From NCBI GenBank assembly GCA_035622735.1, contig DASPUT010000023.1, positions 1 through 49,082 of the forward strand: a stretch of DNA of 49,082 nt, in the 5' to 3' direction. The notes beneath the pieces were generated by a model. That model saw only the letters and a program-made list of their open reading frames with translations. It ran no database searches and was not told the origin of the DNA. Each line of letters opens with the position of its first letter. Positions within the stretch are counted from its first letter, which is position 1. Below, piece by piece: positions 45,147 to 49,082 of this stretch. The position numbers were made by a program, and so were the translations under genes. Source of the DNA: Thermodesulfovibrionales bacterium. GTDB lineage: Bacteria > Nitrospirota > Thermodesulfovibrionia > Thermodesulfovibrionales > UBA9159.

Positions 45147-46178
45147 TTAGCTGCGGGAGGATGTGAGACTGTTGTCAAGATGCTCAAGCCTTGCCCCGAA
45201 AACAGGGACCTTAAAGACTGCAGAAAGACAGTGATCGTCGCCGGCGCCATCTGCTTTCAGTATCCAATGAATTCTCCTGTCGCGTGATACCGTGTCGGTC
45301 TCCTCTGTGTTCTCCGGAATATTGAAGGAGACCGGGAATGAAATTCCGCAGGGTCCCATTCGAATGTCGTCGATCTGGACTTTCTTTTTCGACTCCCAAA
45401 GAACCGTTTCCGCTATGCTATGGATGGATTTCCGAAAGGAGATGTCCATTTCAACGCATGAGAGCTTCAGATCGAATCCGCTGCAGGGGACACGTCTGCA
45501 CCTCGTCTGGATTTCGCCCTCAAGCCTTCCTCCAATGACTCCCGGGAAGGTAGACATCACAAAGGAAGATCGCTTGAATTTCCTCCACTTGTTCGTGGAG
45601 CTCACGGCAAACCTGACCGAAAAAAAAACTCCCATGCCAAGAACATAGAGAATGACAAGACCGTCCATCCGGTTTTCTTGGAAACGTTTGAGAATCCCCT
45701 CCGTATTCAAGAAAAAGCCCAGTGCTATTCCAGTGATGATAATTGCTGCGGTAAGATAACTGAAGATAATCTCGGCCTTGTCGGAATATTCGATCCTGTT
45801 GCTCCGCCACCGCTTGCTCCACCTCCAAGGGGAATCGGGATAGCGCTGCCTGAGTTTCTTCGTCTGGATCTGTTCCATCTGTCTTTTGATAGACAACTCA
45901 TAGAGCAGGTTACCGCCGGCGCCGACCAAGACGATGGAAAGAAAGAGAGCCAGGGTGACCAGCGTCCTAGATTCAGTCCTGCCGATGAGGAAGTCACTTA
46001 AGACTGTCCAGATGACGACGCCGGCAAGGACTATTCCGCCGCCAAGGATAAACCACTTAAACAGTCTGGCATGGAAGGCTCGCGTTTGCTCCTTGCGAAT
46101 CCATAGAGGGGAGAGGGCCCCTCCAAACAGAAGGAACAAAAGAAAACTCAAGATGAAGACCCAAAATACGTGGAGCAC
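45147..46178 (-). CDS. Hypothetical polytopic membrane protein with a C-terminal beta-rich soluble domain
   Basis: The 343-aa ORF starts at GTG. It has about 5-6 hydrophobic helices followed by ..FPGVIGGRLEGEIQ...FDLKLSCVE...VLWESKKKV...FNIPEN...FKVPVF. I recognised no family. Confidence 0.7.
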   Translation of the reverse strand: MLHVFWVFILSFLLFLLFGGALSPLWIRKEQTRAFHARLFKWFILGGGIVLAGVVIWTVLSDFLIGRTESRTLVTLALFLSIVLVGAGGNLLYELSIKRQMEQIQTKKLRQRYPDSPWRWSKRWRSNRIEYSDKAEIIFSYLTAAIIITGIALGFFLNTEGILKRFQENRMDGLVILYVLGMGVFFSVRFAVSSTNKWRKFKRSSFVMSTFPGVIGGRLEGEIQTRCRRVPCSGFDLKLSCVEMDISFRKSIHSIAETVLWESKKKVQIDDIRMGPCGISFPVSFNIPENTEETDTVSRDRRIHWILKADGAGDDHCLSAVFKVPVFGARLEHLDNSLTSSRS

Positions 46179-46457
46179 GGCAAACGTCCCTTTCAGTCAC
46201 TCAGAGAGTCAGGTCTCTTTCGAGTCCTTTTCGCTCTTCACCCGACAATCCTGCTTTTCGATAGATATCTTCGCGCCTTTCGCGGTGCAGTATGCCAGAA
46301 TAAAAGGAGACAATATTCTTCATTATAACAAACGCCGCGTCATTCTGGTATTCCAGCTTCAGGCGTGTCTTCCTGAACGTATGTGTTCGGTGATCCCCCA
46401 GAGCGCAGCGCGCCTTTCTGTTCCTGCCTTTCTTGAGCCGGATTCGATCTGCCCAAT

Positions 46458-47204
46458 CTACGACCCGATGTTCTTTCTCGCACTTTTTTCTATCTGCGAG
46501 ATGATACCGTGGAGCATGCGCGCCTCCCGTTCCGTGATCGCAATCCTTGCGATGAGGCGTTTCAGGTCTGTCATGATTCCTTCCTCATCATCTCTGATGC
46601 CTTTCGGCGCATAACCGATCATTGTCATGACCCTCCGCAGTCTCCGAAAGAGGTTCGAGAGTTCTTTATTACTGATAATGGAGGGCGGCGAGACGTGGGC
46701 GTAACCTGAGCAAAAAAGTTCGTAGGCTACGATGAGCACAGCCTGCGCAAGATTGAATGATGGGTTTTCAGGTGCGGTAGGGATTCTGATCATGAACGAA
46801 CAGGCAGCGGTTTCCTCGTTCGTCAGCCCTCTGTCTTCTCTTCCGAAGAGCAGGGCGATGCGGTTAGTTTCCGAAAGGTGCCTGATCCTGTCAGCCGCAT
46901 CCCTGACAGGATAGACGATGCCTCGCTTCTTGCCAACCCTCCTTGTCGTGCCGATGATCACGGTCTTGTCTTTCATTGCATGCTCCAGTTCGGCATAAAC
47001 CTTGGACTTAGAGAGAATATCTTCAGCACCGTGGGCGAACCACCCGGCTTTGTCAGAGGGGAATTCCGCAGGGCGAACAAGTTCGAGTCTTGAGAATCCG
47101 AGGTTCTTCAGCGCCCGCGCTGAGGCACCGATATTCCCGGACTGGATCGTTTCGATGAGGATGAAAGAGACATTGTCTTTCCATCTGTTCATGGGAATAA
47201 GCAT
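46458..47204 (-). CDS. trmJ: tRNA/rRNA 2'-O-methyltransferase, SpoU/TrmJ type
   Basis: VSFILIETIQSGNIGASARALKNLGF, LLFGREDRGLTNEE, IPT and SFNLAQAV are present. The ORF runs to 47399, but TrmJ-length starts are Met at 47204 or 47192. Confidence 0.85.
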   Translation of the reverse strand: MLIPMNRWKDNVSFILIETIQSGNIGASARALKNLGFSRLELVRPAEFPSDKAGWFAHGAEDILSKSKVYAELEHAMKDKTVIIGTTRRVGKKRGIVYPVRDAADRIRHLSETNRIALLFGREDRGLTNEETAACSFMIRIPTAPENPSFNLAQAVLIVAYELFCSGYAHVSPPSIISNKELSNLFRRLRRVMTMIGYAPKGIRDDEEGIMTDLKRLIARIAITEREARMLHGIISQIEKSARKNIGS

Positions 47205-47305
47205 AAAAGAAGCAGGAGCGGAAGCGCAACCTCGGATGATAGAAAAAAGGCGCCTGGCTATCCTACATGGGAATCTTAGGCGTGGAAGGGTGTAGAATAT
47301 ATTCC

Positions 47306-47464
47306 ATGGACAAGAAGGTTGAGCAAAAGAATCCCTGCCCCGACTGCACCTTTTGTCAGTATTGCTGCGATTCTCGTTGCTCCATGTGTCGCTCTCCACG
47401 CCCTCAGAAGAAGTCCGGGGAGAAAAAGCCGAAGATTCATAAGCCGCTCTTTCTTAAATATTGA
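47306..47464 (+). CDS. Hypothetical 52-aa cysteine-rich basic protein (uncertain)
   Basis: MDKKVEQKNPCPDCTFCQYCCDSRCSMCRSPRPQKKSGEKKPKIHKPLFLKY has 7 Cys within 18 residues. It sits in the divergent gap between trmJ and yciH. Its SD is weak. Confidence 0.35.
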   Translation: MDKKVEQKNPCPDCTFCQYCCDSRCSMCRSPRPQKKSGEKKPKIHKPLFLKY

Positions 47465-47561
47465 TGAGGCTTGTCACCGTTACCCTCCGAGTTGTCATCG
47501 TCCTGAAAATGAGAACCGAATCCCCTTCTCCATGAATATCCTTCCCATGTTACAATGAACC

Positions 47562-47903
47562 GTGTCCGACGAAAAATCGAGATTGGTCTACTCAACGGAA
47601 CGAGCGGTCCCGCGAAAACAGCAGACCGCCGAAGAGGTCCCCTGGACGAGTTTGCCGCCCGCGCAACAGAAGGTAACGATCCGGCTTGACCGCAAGGGCA
47701 GAGGGGGGAAGGTCGTGACTGTTATCGCTGGCCTGCAGATGGAGCAGAAAGACCGGGAGATACTCCTGAGGCGATTGAAGACGGATCTCGGCACGGGCGG
47801 TACGGTTAAGGATGCTTCTCTCGAAATACAGGGGGACCATCGCGACGCGCTCATGAGGATGCTCGAAAAGATCGGATGCAGAGCGAAACGCTCCGGCGGG
47901 TGA
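47562..47903 (+). CDS. yciH: Translation initiation factor SUI1 family protein (YciH)
   Basis: RLDRKGRGGKVVTVIAGL...LLRRLKTDLGTGGTVKD..LEIQGDHRD. The start codon is GTG. Confidence 0.9.
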   Translation: MSDEKSRLVYSTERAVPRKQQTAEEVPWTSLPPAQQKVTIRLDRKGRGGKVVTVIAGLQMEQKDREILLRRLKTDLGTGGTVKDASLEIQGDHRDALMRMLEKIGCRAKRSGG

Positions 47904-47953
47904 AGGATAGCGCTTTCCTTCTCGTAAGCGCAGCGGTTAGGGCAGGGACCCGA

Positions 47954-48259
47954 TCATTTCCGGGAAGTATCTCTTATCCCGATTTCTTTTCCAACCTCTC
48001 GTAACAACTTCTCCTGGTGCTTCAGTATGTTCATGCAAGATGTGGAACCTTCGCAGGCATTTATGAATTCGCTTAAGGTCTTGTATTTCGCCGTCATCCC
48101 CTCCCTGTTCATGACAACCTTTCCATTCAGAACCGTTTCTCCGTCATGGCAGGCCTCGCAGTGTCTTTCCCAGGAACTCAGAGGCTGATTTTTGGAACAG
48201 TTCGACACGACGAAGAAAAGAAATACGATAGCTACAATCTTTGTCGGCAGAGCCCTCAT
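47954..48259 (-). CDS. Small monoheme c-type cytochrome-like protein (secreted or lipoprotein)
   Basis: AGAGGAGAACG precedes the ATG at 48259. It has a signal peptide (MRALPTKIVAIVFLFFVVSNC) and a CEACH motif (48146..48160). Confidence 0.65.
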   Translation of the reverse strand: MRALPTKIVAIVFLFFVVSNCSKNQPLSSWERHCEACHDGETVLNGKVVMNREGMTAKYKTLSEFINACEGSTSCMNILKHQEKLLREVGKEIGIRDTSRK

Positions 48260-48500
48260 CGTTCTCCTCTCGGTCAGTATAGCAGATTTTCTTCCTGCTG
48301 ATAACCACACTTCGGAAAGGACATTCCTCAACGATAGGGAAGCAGCTCAAGAAATGCTCGAGCTATTCGAAATCCAAGAGAAATGCACGATGGGCCGAAT
48401 CGCGCGTCCTTCACAAGGCTATTTGGGCGTAGTGCCACTATCTTCTCTTTCGTGGCATGTGGTACAGTCCTTGGAAAAGGAAGTCGGACAGGAGGTATTC

Positions 48501-49082
48501 ATGAGCGATCGACTCAGTGAGATTCTCGATGAGATACGGGAACTCGAAAAGAGCATTCAGGTGGAAATGAGGCGGAGGGAGGAAGAGTTACGGTACAGCG
48601 TCAGAAAAGGTAAGGTCATATTCGAAAAGGAGATTCTTGAGCTCCATAGGAAGATTGCGAGTTCATGGTTTCTTTACATCATCAGGGCCTCTTATCCAAA
48701 CGTCCTATCAGCGCCCGTAATATACACGATGATAATCCCGGCGCTTCTCCTGGATCTCTGTCTCTGGATCTATCAGTCCATCTGTTTCCCGATCTACGGA
48801 ATCCCCAAGGTCAGACGGAGAGATCATATCATCCTTGACCGGCATTACCTAAAATACCTGAACTTCATCGAAAGACTGAACTGCGACTATTGCAGCTATT
48901 TCAACGGCCTTGCTTCATATGCCACGGAAATTGCTGGACGTACGGAACAGTACTGGTGCCCGATCAAGCATGCCTCGGGAAAGGCCCGCCGCCATTCACG
49001 CTACCATCTCTTCCTTGATTACGGCGATGCTGAGGCCTATAGGAAGAGACTGACGGAAATTCGCAAGAAGTACGATGACCTT
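48501..49082 (+). CDS. Hypothetical membrane protein, 3' end cut by the window edge
   Basis: It is not in the ORF track because it runs off the right edge. GGAGGTATTC precedes the ATG at 48501. The translation MSDRLSEILDEIRELEKSIQ...YTMIIPALLLDLCLWIYQSICFPIYGIP...LNCDYCSYFNG...YWCPIKHA stays open to the last base. Confidence 0.7.
   Translation, partial: MSDRLSEILDEIRELEKSIQVEMRRREEELRYSVRKGKVIFEKEILELHRKIASSWFLYIIRASYPNVLSAPVIYTMIIPALLLDLCLWIYQSICFPIYGIPKVRRRDHIILDRHYLKYLNFIERLNCDYCSYFNGLASYATEIAGRTEQYWCPIKHASGKARRHSRYHLFLDYGDAEAYRKRLTEIRKKYDDL

Noticed and set aside
1-49082. Scan for tRNA/rRNA genes, CRISPR repeats, IS/transposase, integrase, phage or defence-system genes
   Set aside because: I recognised no regularly spaced direct repeats, no rRNA/tRNA signatures, and no DDE/tyrosine-recombinase, RT, Cas or restriction-type motifs by eye. 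The search was not exhaustive, so software should confirm it.

Overview
This window is a gene-dense chromosomal stretch with about 50 protein genes, most of them housekeeping. It appears to come from an anaerobe-like bacterium that uses c-type cytochromes and sigma54. The lineage cannot be fixed from the sequence; Nitrospirota/Desulfobacterota-like is only a guess. I saw no rRNA, tRNA, CRISPR array, transposase, integrase or phage genes.

Genes recognised by motif:
- DNA repair and core functions: uvrB, argB, birA-coaX, mtgA, rpiA, ettA, trxB, greB, sppA, trmJ, yciH/SUI1, yajD, and the two 3-methyladenine glycosylases tag and mpg.
- Amino-acid synthesis: thrC translationally coupled to a cystathionine gamma-synthase.
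- Other enzymes and envelope proteins: TonB, a geranylgeranyl-reductase-type flavoprotein, a JAMM/MPN protein, FmdE, dienelactone hydrolase, an intradiol-dioxygenase-like protein, a PQQ sugar dehydrogenase, and a SYLF protein.
- Redox and transport: an octaheme cytochrome c, a monoheme cytochrome c, three USP genes, and a YeeE/YedE sulfur transporter.

Signalling content:
- A REC-HD-GYP regulator is coupled to a hybrid histidine kinase at the left edge. That kinase is not in the ORF track because it runs off the window.
- A PAS-sigma54 activator with no receiver domain is coupled to a kinase-like protein. Its H-box His reads Gln and its N-box Asn reads His, and its outer domain carries a CXXCH motif.
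- This pair faces tandem -24/-12 promoters, shared TGTTAAC palindromes, two USP paralogs and yeeE.

This module is my best candidate for something not yet described, but it is an inference from motifs. I found no unmistakable novel system.

Other items worth a look:
- An acyl-AMP ligase / carrier / PlsC triple fusion.
- Unannotated small ORFs: a 56-aa Lys-rich one and a 52-aa one with 7 Cys.
- A motif-less 156-aa ORF locus at 22.4-22.8 kb.
- Two possibly leaderless genes.

Many long ORFs in the track are antisense artefacts of real genes.
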